Made by a program: the position numbers and the translations under genes. The notes under the pieces are model-generated. The model saw nothing but the letters and a program-made list of their open reading frames with translations, ran no database searches and had not been told where the DNA came from. A stretch of 63,613 nt of DNA, filler included, from Octopus bimaculoides (taxonomy: Eukaryota): the NCBI RefSeq assembly GCF_001194135.2. It is 6 parts of 6 records of this genome, joined end to end, with 100 filler letters (N's around TTAATTAATTAA, not from the genome) between each part and the next. Parts side by side here need not be neighbours in the genome. Positions count along the whole stretch, not along the records: positions 54,714 to 62,386 come from NC_068989.1; positions 62,487 to 63,613 come from NW_026379245.1; 4 more parts are not named here. One strand, given 5' to 3'. This document shows, piece after piece, positions 61,879-63,613 of this stretch (within the stretch, counting starts at the first letter, position 1; each line of letters begins with the position of its first letter).

Positions 61879-62386
61879 CTACAAAACATAAATATTCTAC
61901 CCATTCACTACCCAATAAAATAACATAAGACTAACTCTCACATAATCGATACTTGATGCTGTAACACATCTCAAATCTCGCAAATAAAACAGAAAAGATA
62001 TCAAACTACCTGAGATGAATATATTTTCATAATATTTGCATGTCTGGCAAGAAAATAATGCTAATGTAAATAGAAGTTTGGATTTCAATAAACTAGCGCA
62101 TTTAAGAGGATACATACTTGAAACCAACACGATATCAGACAGAGAAATAAAACATTTAAAATAAAGATAGAATACATAAATAGTAACAACGAAAAAAAAA
62201 AAAAACACAAGCGCAGGGAGAAAGAAAGAAAAAAAAAACACATTAAAAGTTTAAACAATGAGAAACGTAGATCACGAAGATAGATCTATCGGAAGCGAAG
62301 CAAACGGAATATTGAAAGAGAAAGCGAGAGGGAAGGAGAGAGAGAGGGGGGGGAGCGATACAATGAAACCAAACCGCAGTATGCCC

Positions 62387-62486
62387 NNNNNNNNNNNNNN
62401 NNNNNNNNNNNNNNNNNNNNNNNNNNNNNNTTAATTAATTAANNNNNNNNNNNNNNNNNNNNNNNNNNNNNNNNNNNNNNNNNNNN
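62387..62486. other. Artificial scaffold-join linker
   Basis: 44 N + TTAATTAATTAA (62431-62442) + 44 N. Confidence 0.97.
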
Positions 62487-63613
62487 CCCGCTAGAAAGAA
62501 TAGTTAAAACTCTCATTTTGTTATTATTATCGAAGTCAACACAAATAGTCCATAATAACAACAGTATTAATATAAGTAATTGCAGGCCTAAATCAGCGTT
62601 ATATAGGTATAAAATTAAAATTATATTAATGAAAGAACACAATGAAGCGTTTACACCAGCAGATTTCAACGTGGCGAACTGAGAAGATGATTCTAAGGGT
62701 TAAGATGTGCTGAGAAAGGTAAAAAAAACTTTGTGTCACACCAGAAACCGGTCCACATATATACCTGTTCCATTAAATATGCAGCTTTACGCTACAATAG
62801 TATGTGAGAGGTATATTTTTTTGTTCGTTGGCCCGTATACTGTTGTATCTGTTATTTTCAGTGTAACTTTTGGTGGCCCAAATGAGAGTGTTAACTCTTA
62901 TTTATAGCGGTGGGTAGACATTTCATTGTGTCTTTTGATTAATATACAGGATGCGTAAGCTATTTGAGGGCAGATTTATGTTTATATAAAAAAAAACGGA
63001 TATATAATGACAGATAATAACATTAACTGTCAAAAAATGCTATGAGGATAAAAATAAATCGTTTACGTAATATTATTCAATAAATCTACCTTTTGCTTCA
63101 ACTACTGCTTTTATATGAGATCTAAATCATCTACATGTTCGAATCAAGTGGTCCTGGTTAATTTTGGACAAGGAGGGTCAAAGTTAGGAACAAAAACAGG
63201 ACAGTGGTGACATAAAGGAAAACCGAACAAAAACAAACATGGAGGGTCGTTAGACCTGAACGAGGGGAAAATAGAGAACGCTGAGAGAAATATTTTCTTT
63301 GAAAAGAGAAAAGCTAGAAAAGAGAGAGATAGGAGACATCTAGTCCTTAGAACGTCCGTGCAGGAAAAAAAAGATGGTCACGTGAGGAAAAGAAGAAAGA
63401 TGGACGATGGTCACGGGAGGAGCAACGAGAGAGAGAAAAAGAGAAAGAGGGAGAGAGACAGAGAGACAGATACAAAACGGTGAAGGGAGAAAAAGGAAAT
63501 TGGAGAGGATAGGCGGTAAAACAGTATAGAGTGGAGTCGCATCAAAAAGGTTAAAATAAACTTACTTGGAAATGGGTGCGTGGTGTTCAATTAAATAATA
63601 ATATAAATAATAT

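Overview
This is AT-rich, repeat-dominated eukaryotic genomic DNA from a gapped draft assembly. The SINE families, RTE 3' ends and microsatellite load resemble octopus (coleoid cephalopod) repeats as I recall them; this is inference, not a database match. The window is not one contiguous locus. Five artificial 100-bp linkers (44 N + TTAATTAATTAA + 44 N) split it into six pieces: 1-13974, 14075-38175, 38276-44255, 44356-54613, 54714-62386 and 62487-63613. I find no intact protein-coding gene, rRNA, true tRNA or CRISPR array, and almost every long ORF in the supplied track is an N-gap or microsatellite artefact. The supportable content is: (i) dozens of copies of three tRNA-derived SINE families (called A, B and C here); (ii) decayed Penelope-like element (PLE) RT and GIY-YIG fragments, plus short PLE-type repeats carrying minimal type I hammerhead ribozyme motifs; (iii) fragments of several RTE-clade LINE lineages and an RTE 3'-derived repeat (family E); (iv) decayed maT (DD37D) and mariner transposons, MITE-like inverted repeats and a non-autonomous Helentron/DINE-like element; (v) a ~550-bp (AAT)n-embedded repeat with no tRNA head (family D). 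The most interesting signals are the hammerhead motifs (an inverted pair at 5.3-5.8 kb and a near-intact one at 56.0 kb), a 66-bp hairpin array, a 69-bp apparent target-site duplication, and a CpG-depleted piece (14-38 kb) that may be a methylated gene body with candidate micro-exons. I do not see convincing evidence for a wholly new biological system. Repeat boundaries were read by eye and are approximate to about 10-30 bp unless stated otherwise.
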